64,000 nucleotides of DNA. It comes from Bugula neritina (Eukaryota > Animalia > Bryozoa). This document shows, piece by piece, positions 13,001 through 23,807 of the stretch. The notes under the pieces were generated by a model, which saw only the letters and a program-made list of their open reading frames with translations, had not been told where the DNA came from and ran no database searches. Numbering within the stretch: position 1 is the first letter of the stretch; every line of letters starts with the position of its first letter. The DNA lies in contig OZ037770.1 in assembly GCA_964035545.1 (NCBI GenBank), positions 4,744,662 to 4,808,661 on the forward strand. Direction: 5' to 3'. The position numbers and the translations under genes were made by a program.

Positions 13001-16000
13001 AAGCAAGCAGTGAACTCACCAACAGGTGTGAAGAGAACATAGCAGAAATACGAATTTGCATGTAGGAGCCATAAGGAGTTATCTTTTCAGTAATACCTTC
13101 CATCATTTTGATGATGTTTTTAGCATTTTCATTAGCTTCCTCCACCCTTTAAAGCAATATATTTCAATTACAAAACTAGAATAGAGCCAATAATCAAAAA
13201 CTGAAAATGAAATCATTTTCTTCATTCTTAGTTTGCAGTCACAGTTGTTGTTTTGATAAAGACACAAAATATTGTTATTAAAAACTGTTTTAATAAAAAG
13301 ACGCTAGTGTATCACTGATGATAAAGTACATCATATGACGTGTGTGGATCCCAAAAGTAACAGTATAAGTTAAAAGTCGAACATGTTATATAAGTTTGAA
13401 TACGTTATATAACATTTGCTGATACCTTATGGCACATTGGCAAGCATACGGTATTGGGCTGCATGCACTGCAAAATCTTGAATGTCAAGCTTGCTATGTT
13501 AATTATAATCAGCAAAGTACTGAATCAGATCACATCTCAGATCAAGTCACAGTTCAAGTCAATTATGGCAATGCATGACTATAGTGTTTATTGAATTGAA
13601 AATACAATATAACCAATCAATTGCTCTAACAGCATATATTAATCACAGTTTCCAAAATACTTTTTGTAATCATAGTACCAAAAACTTAAGCAACAGATAT
13701 TTCAAGTGTTGCTATAAAGTTATTAAATACAATTTTATTGATTCCATATTCTATAAAACTATTGTCACCACTAGGATCCGATCCCGATACCCGCCAGTTG
13801 CAAGTGCAGACACACTAACCATTACACCAAAAGGCCTATTGGATAACCGCAATAATACGCACTTGCTCAAAACTTAACTCATTTCAGAACATTTTTCAAG
13901 ACAAGTTGCATATATAGTCAACACTCTAACTAAGTCCACAGGTGAGTTGAATAAAATTAGCTTGAATAAACTCTGAGAATTAGTAAGTCATTTAGCTGTC
14001 CCATGCATAAAGAAGGCAGACAACTTAAAAATAGTTCTTAGGTATTTCATGAACTACACATTGCTACGCTTCGGGCCGTCATATACCAACCCTCTAATCT
14101 ACTTGAAAGAGAAAGGAAACTTACTTGTCTATGGCCTCCATTACCATCAGAACAAACGTGCCACTGTTGGCTGTTATAGCATGACATTGCATAAATCTAA
14201 AATATGTAATGGCTTTTTCATGTTAGCTTCAGCGCTCATTTTGTTTATTTATATACAGCTATATCAGCTTTTCTGTGCAAGGTAATATATAGGGTGGTAA
14301 CACTTCTACTGTTTTCATTGTAAATTATTTTATGATCAATACACCTGTTTGAAACACAACAGATTTTGGCAACGAGGACAGGATCAGCTTCAAGGATTTT
14401 CAACTGATCATCTACTTTTACTTTATGCGGTTATCATCAGAATCTTCAAATCTTCAAAGACTCTTCATTTAGACATACTTCAAAAATTATGTTTACACCT
14501 ACAGATCAACTGATAGCTTTGCTAACTTAGCAGTTGGCACAGCAAAAGGAACAGATGGATTTGCAGAAGCAACAGATGGAACAGCAAGAAGCAAGGATAG
14601 AACAGCAAGAAGCAAGGATGGAACAGCAGCAAACAGAAAATCGGGAGCTGATTCAACTACTCACCCAGTCAGCAGAGAAGAAAACCCCAGCATCAACCCC
14701 GAATTTTGCAGCATTTGATCCAAGTACAGAACTATGGACTCAATATTCAGCAAGATTCACCACCTTTATTGGAGCCAACTCAATCGCAGAGGATAAAATA
14801 CCACAAGTATTTTTGACAAACCAATCAACAGCCATCTACAAGCAGTTGAGTGATTGGGCGGAGCAGCAGACACCAAAGAAGGAGATCAACAAACTGACGA
14901 TGGATGAAGTTAACAACTACATGATGACACAATATAACCCAAGGACATTCATCATCAGAGAAAGATACAGATTTTGACACGACACGAAAAGGAAGCCAGG
15001 GGAGACTATTCCAGAACTAGCAGCTAGGATTCGACATGACGCAACAACTTGTGACTTTTCTTCAATTACTGACCCACAAGATGAAGCACTTCGTACCAGA
15101 TTTATATGCTCAGTAGGAAATGAAGCTATACTGAAGGCAATCTTTAAACTCAAGGACGAAGATCTCACTTTCAACAGAGCTACTGAAATCGCTGTGGAAA
15201 CTGAAGAAGCAGCTAAAGTAGCTAAAGAAACTGTTCATGGAGAGGTCAACGCTCTCCATAAAGTCAGCAAGAAGAAGAAGATGACTCCAAGCTCTACACC
15301 ATCGACCCAGCCAACACAGGTCAACAAACCCTGTTATTGCTGTGGAAAGACCAATCACCAGCCAGCAGAATGCAGATACAAAAGTTCTACATGCAACTAC
15401 TGCAAACTCACTGGACATCTTGAAATTGTATGCCGAAAGAAGAAAATGAATGACAGCAAACCACTCAAAGTTATCAGGACTTTAAAGACTATGAACACAG
15501 TTCCTCAACTACAAGTAGATGTAACTCTTCAACGCCAACCTTTTCAATTAAAAGTCGACACTGGAGCAGGAGACAACTTCTTGTCTTTAGAGAACTGGAA
15601 AAGACTAGGATCACCTAATCTTCAATCACAACAGATACATTATGAATCAGCTACGCATCATCCAATTGACATCATGGGAACCTGTAATCTCTTCACCAAA
15701 TTCAGAGGCCAGCAGGAGAAGAAACTTGAATTCGTCATCAGCAGAATATCCAACCTAAACCTACTCGGCAGAGATGGAATTCAACAACTGGGAGTTTCTG
15801 TAGATTCCTTGATGCAGCCTACAGATGGAAAAGACATCAGCAAAGATGTTCATAATGTCAACCTCAATCTCAAGGAATCCTGTAAAAAACTAACAATGGA
15901 GTTCAGCAGCCTCTTCAAACCAGAACTGGGATACCTCAAAGATTTTGAATTAGAATTCAAATTCAACAAAGATGCTAAGCCAGTATTCTGCAAACCCCGA

Positions 16001-19000
16001 CTTGTACCTTACGCCATTCAAGAAGACTTAACTCAAGCCTATGATGTTGGAATTGCTAAAGGAGTATGGGAGCCAGTGCAGTTCAATTCCTATGGCACCC
16101 CAGTAGTTCCTATACGCAAAGCACAACTACCTAGACAGCCAAAGCCAAAGCTACGTGTATATGGACTCCACATACACGTAGCTTTGGCGGAGACTACTAG
16201 AGACTACTCTGTTTCAGTCAACTCTCAACTAGAGTATCATCATCAACCAATTCCTTTACCAGAAGACCTGATGAGGAAACTTGGAGGAGGACATGGTTTC
16301 TCGAAGATTGACTTGGCAGACGCATACAATCAGATTCCTCCAGCTCCAGAAAGCCAAAGAAGGTTGGCTCTCAGCACTCATCGTGGTGTTCTACTACAGA
16401 AGCGCTTACCTTTTGGTATCAGCTCAGCACCCGGTTATTTCCAGGAGATTATGGAGCAGCTCACATGTGATATACCCGGAGTAGCAGTCTATTTGGATGA
16501 CATTCTAGTCAGTGGAGCCACAGCCACAGATCACATCACAAATCTACGAAGATTATTGCAACGGCTGCAAGACCGAGGATTAAGATGCAAACTGGAGAAA
16601 TGTGTATTCGCAGAACAGTCAGTAGAATACCTGGGACACAAGCTTTCTGACAAAGGTATAGAAAAAGGATCTGGTGTAGAAGCTTTGAAGAAGATGCCAG
16701 CCCCGACTGATGTTAGAAGCTTGAAATCCTTCCTAGGATCTATACAGTTCTACCACAAGTTCTTGCCGGATCTTTCCACGGTCACATCACCACTTCAAAA
16801 GTTATTGCAGAAAAGAGAGCAATGGCAGTGGGGTACTACGCAGCAAACATCATTTTTACAACTGAAGAAGATGTTGAGCAGTGATCTGGTATTAGCACAC
16901 TATGACCCCTCTCTACAAATTGGCATATCCTGTGATGCATCAGAAGTTGGAATTGGAATTGTGTTGTTTCATCGTTACCAAGACGGGACAGAGTGACCAA
17001 TTGCCCATGCCAGCAAAACTCTGACAAAAACTCAGCAAAGATACAGTCAAGTACAGAAGGAAGCACTCTCAATCATATTTGGAATCACCAAGTTTCATCA
17101 GTTTCTGTATGGAAGAAGCTTTGTATTGGTTACAGATCACCGACCACTACTGGCAATCTTTGGACCCAACAAAGCAACACCAGCTATAGCAGCCAACAGA
17201 CTTGCTAGATGGGCACTCACTCTCAGCCAATACAAGTACACCATTGAACACAGAAAGACCTCGGACCACTGCAATGCAGACGTACTGAGTTGTCTACCAA
17301 TGGGGTCAGACGATGGCTTTGATAAAGAGGAAGAAGGTGTAGATATCGACAAAGTTTGCACAATAAAGACTATTGGAAAGCAGCTGAAACCTACAGATCC
17401 TGGAGTTCTAAAGAAAGAGACAGCCAAAGATTTAGTACTCAGCACCGCACCCCGCTATACACTATGGAAGGATGGATGGATGGTGAAGAAAGCAAAGAAT
17501 CATCAGAAACAATCGCTGATGGCTACACCATTAAAGACTTCAAGAAGATCGCAACCTCACTGACAGTTGAAAGCGGATGCCTACTCTATGGAGCAAGGAT
17601 TGTCATACCTTTATCCCTGCAGAAACAAGTGTTAGAAATACTACATATGGGACACTTTGGCAGACAACGTATGAAGCAACTTGCCCGCACAGCAGTCTAT
17701 TGGCCAAGATTAGACAACAACATTACAGAATTGTCACAGCAATGCTCAACCTGCGGAGAGCACCAAAACCAGGAAAAGAAGTCACCAGTTCACCCTTGGA
17801 TGATGCCTGAAAAGCCATGGAGCAGACTACACGTAGACCATGCAATCAACTTTATGGGAACAAATTGGCTAGTGCTTGTGGATGCATTCACCAAGTATCC
17901 TTGCATTCATCCTACAAGCTCTATATCAACCAAGATGACAACTAACTCATTGGAGACAGACTTCGCTCACTTTGGTTACCCTCATACCATAGTGACAGAT
18001 AATGGACCCAGTTTCACGTCAGAAGAATTCCAACAGTGGTGTAAAAATCGAGGAATTGTCAACCTAAGAGGAGCACCTTATCATCCCGCTACCAATGGAG
18101 CAGCAGAACGACTAGTAGAATTCTTCAAGCAGTCGCTGAGAAAGTCTACACTTCCACCCAGGGAGGCCCTCCAAGAGTTCCTAATGCAATACAGAAGAAC
18201 ACCATTGCCTTATGGATTTTTTCCAAGTGAGCTACTGAATGGGCGACAGATTAGAACCAAAATAGATGTTCAACTTCCCTCTCCAGCACACCTATCTCAA
18301 AGACATCAGATGCAACAGAACAAGACTACCAACAAACTACACTGCTACACAGTTGGAACGCCTTGCTATGCTCTATACTATGGGCCTAGAAGAGACAGAC
18401 AACCCAAGTGGATCAAGGCAGTTGTGATCAAAGTTTTGGGGAGCCGCTCTGTGAATGTGAAAGTAATACCTAAAGGACCATTTTGGAAACGACACATTGA
18501 CCAACTCTGTCCACGACATTCCAGTACAGAAGATACAGAGCCACCTGATGATTTGATGGTTACCACTGAAAATACTGCACAACAAGAGGAAACACCAGAG
18601 CCAGATCCTGTACCCTCACAACCTAGACGCAATCCTAGACAACCAGATGGTGATGAATATACCCGGGACCATCCAAGACGCTCAACCAAAACCCGATGGC
18701 AAACTAGACGCTAAAAGAAACATAGTACTTTAAGCTAGTCGGGAGGTGTTATAGCATGACATTGCATAAATCTAAAAGATGTAATGGCTTTTTCATGTTA
18801 GCTTCAGCGCTTGTTTTGTTTATTCATATACAGCTATATCAGCTTTTCTGTGCAAGTTAATATATAAGGTGGTAACACTTCTACTGTTTTCATTGTAAAT
18901 TATTTGATGATCAATACACCTGTTTGAAACACAACATTGGCTTTAGCCAGTTTATCAATATTATATCTAACATCGGCTATAGTCACACCCCCAACAAACT

Positions 19001-19883
19001 GGTCATAGAACGAAGGCTTTACAAAGGCAGAAGACAGTCTTTTACCCAGAATTCTCTGTGTCCTTTCAAATATCTGTAACAAAACAATTGCTGCTCAATA
19101 CTCTACAAATATTTTCCAACTGAGACATAATATATGTACAGAACTAACAATATTCTATAACATTGTTCCACCTTTATATTATGTCTGTTTAAATCACTGA
19201 GTGAAGCACATCACCAAATGATGTGATGGCAAAGGTCGCTGATGTCGACTTTGATGATATTGGTTTGTTTAATAAATATGTTCCAATGATTCACTAAAGA
19301 ATTTTTTTTCAATAATTATTTTTATTTGCTTTTTTTCTATAAAATTAAATTTGCTGGTGATTTTCAAGTCTTACTGGTTAAGAGTTGTATGCTCCTGTCA
19401 TATATCACAATAACATTATATTGAGTTATAATTAAGAAGCACATTGAGATGTAAGTTATAATAAACTGTGACATTACATTGTGCATGAATTTTACAACTT
19501 CACTATAATAAGATAATGATGTGCAATATTATACAAAGTTGTGGTGTTTTGTAATACAATACCCTATATAATTTACATAGTAAGTTTCAAAAGTAATGTA
19601 AAGCAAGACTCAGTATGTAACACATAACCTCTGCTGATCTGCTCACAAATGTCCTGTTGGAACAAACTCTGAAGACTGTTAGAGCTCTCACAATCTCCCA
19701 CAATGACTTCTCTTTGAAAGCTTGCCTGTGATCAGTGAAATCCAAATCTGCAACTGGAGATGTTGCTGTATCTTCTGCAACTGTTTCTTGGTTTATTAAA
19801 GCTGCCTTTTGCTGACGCGGCAAGACAGTTGATAAATATTTCTGCTGCCGAAAATGTCGCGCAGAGAGCTTGAGAAAAGACAT
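3847..19883 (-). CDS. PRODH2: Mitochondrial proline dehydrogenase-family gene, hydroxyproline dehydrogenase (PRODH2)-like; 9 exons, ~473 aa; exon 2 interrupted by an LTR retrotransposon
   Basis: Exons: 19883-19629, 19073-18937 + 14166-14125, 13146-13020, 12687-12606, 11228-10990, 10786-10723, 5148-4926, 4736-4648, 4010-3847. All junctions are GT-AG with matching phases; total 1422 nt. Motifs: FYDQFVGG, LMVDAEY, NTTQCYLK, GAKLVRGAYM, LASHN, AQVYGMCDH, YKSVAVG, PYLSRRSHEN. Arg/Ser/Leu-rich N-terminus resembles a mitochondrial presequence. Confidence 0.9.
4648..4736 (-). CDS. PRODH2: PRODH-like exon 8
   Basis: MRSYGISSEDRKVILAQVYGMCDHITYTL; donor G|gtaagt. Confidence 0.92.
4926..5148 (-). CDS. 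PRODH2: PRODH-like exon 7
   Basis: atttcag|CT AAG...: KLVRGAYMVAEE...PIHDGIQATHNSYN...VLASHNQNSIKQAVE; donor AG|gtagat. Confidence 0.92.
6042..10545 (-). mobile_element. Ty3/gypsy LTR retrotransposon (Mag-type), full length but inactivated; lies in PRODH intron 6 (element 1)
   Basis: LTRs 10545-10313 and 6275-6042 (TG...CA, about ten differences). 5-bp TSD ATAAC at 6037-6041 and 10546-10550. PBS TGGTGCCCCG at 10312-10303. Gag with two CCHC knuckles, protease DTGA, RT, RNase H and integrase. Confidence 0.95.
6317..10268 (-). pseudogene. gag-pol of element 1 (disrupted)
   Basis: ATG at 10268; in-frame TGA at ~10211-10209; frameshift near 9150-9126. RT VADDILI; RNase H QTEAS (Asp of the DAS motif replaced by Glu); integrase HHCC plus GIDLF / HTDNG / KAESAV. 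Confidence 0.88.
10723..10786 (-). CDS. PRODH2: PRODH-like exon 6
   Basis: ttgtag|KSFEALQWEFNFAEKNNLHYG G|gtgagt; joins the next exon to make HYG-A-KLVRGAY. Confidence 0.85.
10990..11228 (-). CDS. PRODH2: PRODH-like exon 5
   Basis: TLRWLAETPG...VLMVDAEYTNTNPAL...VVWNTTQCYLK; donor AAG|gttaga. Confidence 0.88.
12606..12687 (-). CDS. PRODH2: PRODH-like exon 4 (poorly conserved linker)
   Basis: KSLSLLSDEVREKVIYSSAEYMRTHNP; donor G|gtatga. Supplies the phase 0 to phase 1 bridge needed between exons 3 and 5. The acceptor is weak (NAGNAG). Confidence 0.6.
13020..13146 (-). CDS. PRODH2: PRODH-like exon 3
   Basis: Acceptor tttaaag|G; VEEANENAKNIIKMMEG...YMQIRISAMFSSHLL; donor TTG|gtgagt. Confidence 0.8.
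13768..13830 (-). mobile_element. Possible degenerate tRNA-derived SINE head
   Basis: Minus strand TGGTGTAATGGTTAG (A-box-like) ... GGATCGGATCC (degenerate B-box). No complete cloverleaf. Confidence 0.35.
14125..14166 (-). CDS. PRODH2: PRODH-like exon 2, 3' part (downstream of the LTR insertion)
   Basis: Removing the element and one TSD copy gives a continuous frame KLAKAN-SGTFVLMVMEAID(K). Donor AA|gtaagt is phase 2 and matches exon 3. Confidence 0.85.
14172..18936 (+). mobile_element. Ty3/gypsy LTR retrotransposon (Mag-type), decayed, inserted antisense within PRODH coding exon 2 (element 2)
   Basis: 190-bp LTRs 14172-14361 and 18747-18936 (TG...CA; 7 differences by eye). 5-bp TSD TTGGC at 14167-14171 and 18937-18941. 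PBS TGGCAACGAGGA at 14367-14378 (one mismatch to the tRNA-Ser(GCT) 3' end). Purine run GGGAGG before the 3' LTR. Confidence 0.96.
14489..18714 (+). pseudogene. gag-pol of element 2 (disrupted)
   Basis: ATG at 14489; stops at 14528 (TAG) and 14975 (TGA); frameshifts near 16990 and 17450. Two CCHC knuckles, protease VDTGA, RT YLDD, RNase H CDAS, integrase HHCC plus HVDH / VTDNG / AAERLV. Confidence 0.9.
18937..19073 (-). CDS. PRODH2: PRODH-like exon 2, 5' part (upstream of the LTR insertion)
   Basis: Acceptor ttgttacag|; IFERTQRILGKRLSSAFVKPSFYDQFVGGVTIADVRYNIDKLAKAN, then runs into LTR sequence. Confidence 0.88.
19629..19883 (-). CDS. PRODH2: PRODH-like exon 1
   Basis: ATG at 19883, MSFLKLSARHFRQQ...LDFTDHRQAFKEKSLWEIVRALTVFRVCS...SAE; donor GAG|gttatg; phase 0. 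Confidence 0.85.
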
Positions 19884-21307
19884 TACTGGACAAGTCAAAA
19901 TCTGAGTGCAAATTAAACTTGTTTTACAAAATAATGTTGTGAGAGATTCTAATGTCGGCTGTCAAGTGTGGTTACTGCAGAATGTGTTGTACTGTGAACA
20001 GTAAACTTCTAACACTCAGTTTGATTGGCTTAACAGGAGTGTCTGGTCAGTTACTTACAACAGACCAGCCACTGTGTAACATATTAATATAACACTGAAG
20101 TAAAGATTTACACTATATTCTGATTGGTATAATTATAATATTATTTGCCTACATCAGTCTTGGTATATTTAGCTCCCTTCCAGGGACTGCATTGTGCAAA
20201 CGAATTTCTCATTGATGCATGGGGACAGTGTCTTTAAGGACACAAATCCATTCAAACGGTTCTATCAAATGATGCGAAGCTGATTTATGTATCGATGCCC
20301 TTTAACCTTTTGGTGCGAAGCCCTTCAATCAAGTCGGATAAACTCTTTTGTCGCAGAGGCAGAGATCGGTAATCGTACTGGCTCTAGTTACATAGTTACA
20401 AGATGTAAGCAATAAAATTCTCCAACTACGACTAAAAACTAAAATGTTATTTCACAACCAATTTGAACAAATTATTTCATGTATTTTAGCTGCCATTATT
20501 TTAAATAATTATTTTTCACTGTGAATCTTCGTAATTTTTCTGTGATTGTAAAGAATTAAACTTCCAATGGCTAAAACAAGCCAACGGCTAGTTTGAAAGT
20601 AGGTTTTATTCTGAAAACATTTAGTAAGCCTTTATTTCATGCACCATGAAAAGTAAGGCATTCATTTGTTAAAACCTTTAAAATTTAAAAAAAAGTTTGA
20701 CACAATAAATTTAATTTAGCAAAAACCAAGATAGAGTGAATGGCGTAAAGTACCATGAAGTAGTAGCACTGACTCGATATTAGCCATATCTGTCGACAAT
20801 ATGCCGCCGCAGGAGTGCGTGTTTTGCTGGCAGAATAGTCTTAGAGCACATTATTTAAAGAAAAGACAACTTTGCACAAATTGCCTGTAGCACTGTGTTC
20901 CTATTATTCTGTTTAACCCGGGCAGGAATATTTGTGAAAAGGTAGTTAGTGCGCTGTGAAAGCTTAATATAAATTAAAAATAAAATTTCATTGCAGCAAC
21001 TTGGATATATGACTATGAAGTTATATGCACCTACATATCAACTGAAAGTTTTATTTTTGTGTTTAATAACTACTTTTGGAAATTCATGGTGTCTTTAAAA
21101 TAATTACAACATAAATTTTGTGCATCAGTTTGAAATTGCTTGTTTTTAATCCTAAATGTTAGCTATATTCTAAAATCAGTGTCAAGAATGGTGGTGTCAT
21201 CACTGCATGCAAGAAATGCTGTTTCATTGATTTCTGTTTAATTTTGATATTTTATGCTATTATGTGATGAAGCCTCAGAGTTTAACTGTTAGTGCACCAA
21301 CTGTTAG

Positions 21308-21440
21308 TACTATACTACTACTACTACTACCACTACTACTACTACTACTACTGCTACTACTACCACTACCACTACTACTACTACTACTGCTACTGCTGCT
21401 ACTACTACTACTACTACTACTACTATTACTGCTACTGCTG

Positions 21441-21489
<49 letters not shown>

Positions 21490-21491
21490 CA

Positions 21492-21527
<36 letters not shown>

Positions 21528-21595
21528 ATAGTACTAGTACTACTGCTTCTACTACTACTCTGATTACAGCCACTATGACTACTGCTACTACCACC
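21308..21595. repeat. (TAC/CTA)n trinucleotide microsatellite with CAC/TGC variants
   Basis: ~290 bp of imperfect ctactacta; the source of the poly-Leu, poly-Tyr and poly-Val ORFs. Confidence 0.97.
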
Positions 21596-21722
21596 AGATC
21601 AAAATTGTCATTGACACATTGTTCAATACAAGACTAAAGAAATGAATTACTCAAATTTATGAAATAATATTTTATTTTGGTTCACTTTGCATAGAGAAAA
21701 TATAAATACTAATGAAATGGGT

Positions 21723-23807
21723 TCAGAGATTAAACTTCCGACGGCTGGTATCCATTTCATGTCTCTTGTGCATCCATTCATATTCACCGAACTTGGAGTC
21801 AAACGTCCCCTTCTGAATGGAACGCAGTTTGAGTGTGAATCTTGGGCCAAGCTCGTGCAAACCACACTTCTTCTCATTGCGGAACTGAAAATGATATACA
21901 GTAGTAGTAGTAGAGCAGTGTTTGAACTATACATTATAATATATAATATAATTTATACAATAATACAGCAGCTTTAGCTAACATAATAATGATAATTTGA
22001 AGTAAAATATTTTATATAATACACAGATATCTATTCAACAAGAAAATACTGATCTCCAATGGTATCTGGATTATTGAGTACAAACTTGATATCTCTAGTG
22101 TTTAGCTAGTTTCACAATTTAGTAGCTAATGTATATTTTTTTTGTCCCCTTCTAAGAAAATTTTAATAAATACAATGAAAGTATGAGGGTTTTATCAAAT
22201 TTTGCTTGAATTCCCATGTTTGAACCTAACTTTTTAATAAATTGGGAGATGAGGACCACAAGGAAAAAACCATCTCCCAACTCCAAATCCGAGAATCCCT
22301 CACTACTGCACTCAGTTACACGCATCACGGAACTGCTTGCAGAATGATTCAACTAAAACCACCATTAGCACAAGTTCTAATTCATTATTTTTTGAAGTGG
22401 CTGGGGTGCTTGCTACATTTTATTCAATCTAAAGCTGCATGTACACTGGTTGATTTTTTCAGCCGATTTTGTATTTTTATTCCCCCTCCCCCCCTTATCT
22501 CCCTGCTTGCGTTTTATTGGCTGACGGCTCTCCGTCTATATAACTTTCTTCTAGGTTCATGCGCAGAGGTCAAGATGCTAACACTGGTTGCATGAATATA
22601 AAAAGTAAAACTACAAGTTATAAATTATGTTATAAATGAGTAAAAGTTAAGAATAATACCACATGTTTGTTCGGATGTTCTAATAAATAAAAACTGAATA
22701 AAATAAACTGGCTGCGTATAATTTGTTGACAGCTTGCTGCCTTTGAAAGCTGCGTAAAAATGTATCACTAATTGTAGTATTAAATTAAAAATCAAATAGC
22801 TGGCTTGGTAGCTATTTATTTAACAATATTTACTAACTATAATTATCCATAAATTACTAAGCTACACTATTAACATCTCTCACCAATTTTTTTAAGCTAA
22901 TTAGTTTAAAACTAGAAGTTCAACTCAAGCGTTATTTTTTAAAGAGTTGATGAAAACTTCTGATTGCAGCAAATCTGTTCTCCAAGAAAATATCTAAATT
23001 ATAAAGTTGAGATACTCATACTAATACTGGTTACATGAATATAAAATTAGCAAAATTTAAACTACAAGTTTGAAGTTATAAATTATAATTTACATTAGTA
23101 AAAGTTAAGAATAATAATAATTTTCTATTTAAAAAAAGAGCAATGTTTAAGGAATTTCCACGAAAGTGAAACTAACTTTCAAAGTTACACAACAACCAAT
23201 GCGTTGTTATTACTACTATTGCTATTGATAGTTATTGTAATTAATTTTATTTTGTAAATGATGTATCGTAGTGATAGCAACGTATTAGTTACTTCCTGGT
23301 TGTATTTCAACAATGGTGCTAATTTCACTCGCTGTCATGATTTTCTGCCACCTTTTGATTGGCTGGCTTAACAGAAAATCGGCAAAAATTGATCATGTTC
23401 AATTCTGAAAATCGCTTCAAAAATCGGGCAAAAGCAAAAATCGCCGATTAATTTAGAAATCCTAAAAAGTCGAGAACAGTAAATCGCTGTGTACATGCAG
23501 CTTAAAGGAAAGATGCTGCCATTTTCCATTATTTTTAAACTAATGGGGTTTCTCTACTTTAATTCAACAACTCTAACCCACAACTAATCTAAAAACAACT
23601 GTCCCTCACCTGATATCTGTGATGTCTAAAGAAGATGAAGTCTCTCTGATTGTGAAATGTGATGACCCTGCGACCATTGAACTGAGGGTCATGCGGGAAC
23701 AGCGAGGCAAACATCCTTCCCACGGTCAGCCCTAGCCTTGTGTTGAAGTTGTTGAGTATTACCTCTGGAAGATGGGACGTCGTCTCCCCAGCCTTCTTTA
23801 TTTCAGT
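21723..23807 (-). CDS. RPF1: Last two exons of ribosome production factor 1 (Brix domain); upstream exons not found in the window
   Basis: Exon 23807-23610: [66 protein letters not shown]. Exon 21884-21723: [53 protein letters not shown]. Clean phase-0 GT-AG junctions; minus-strand AATAAA at 21676-21671. Not present in the supplied ORF track. Confidence 0.92.
22433..23502. mobile_element. Non-autonomous PIF/Harbinger-type DNA transposon (Tourist-like MITE) in the RPF1 intron
   Basis: Perfect 14-bp terminal inverted repeats AGCTGCATGTACAC (22433-22446 and 23489-23502) flanked by a TAA duplication (22430-22432 and 23503-23505). No coding capacity; internal ~80-bp direct repeat near 22580 and 23020. 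Confidence 0.8.

Noticed and set aside
20800-20890. MPPQECVFCWQN..., a THAP-like start
   Set aside because: Stops after about 30 codons and lacks the remaining THAP residues.
21264-21594. Poly-Leu, poly-Tyr and poly-Val ORFs
   Set aside because: Translations of the (TAC)n microsatellite; no splice or coding context.
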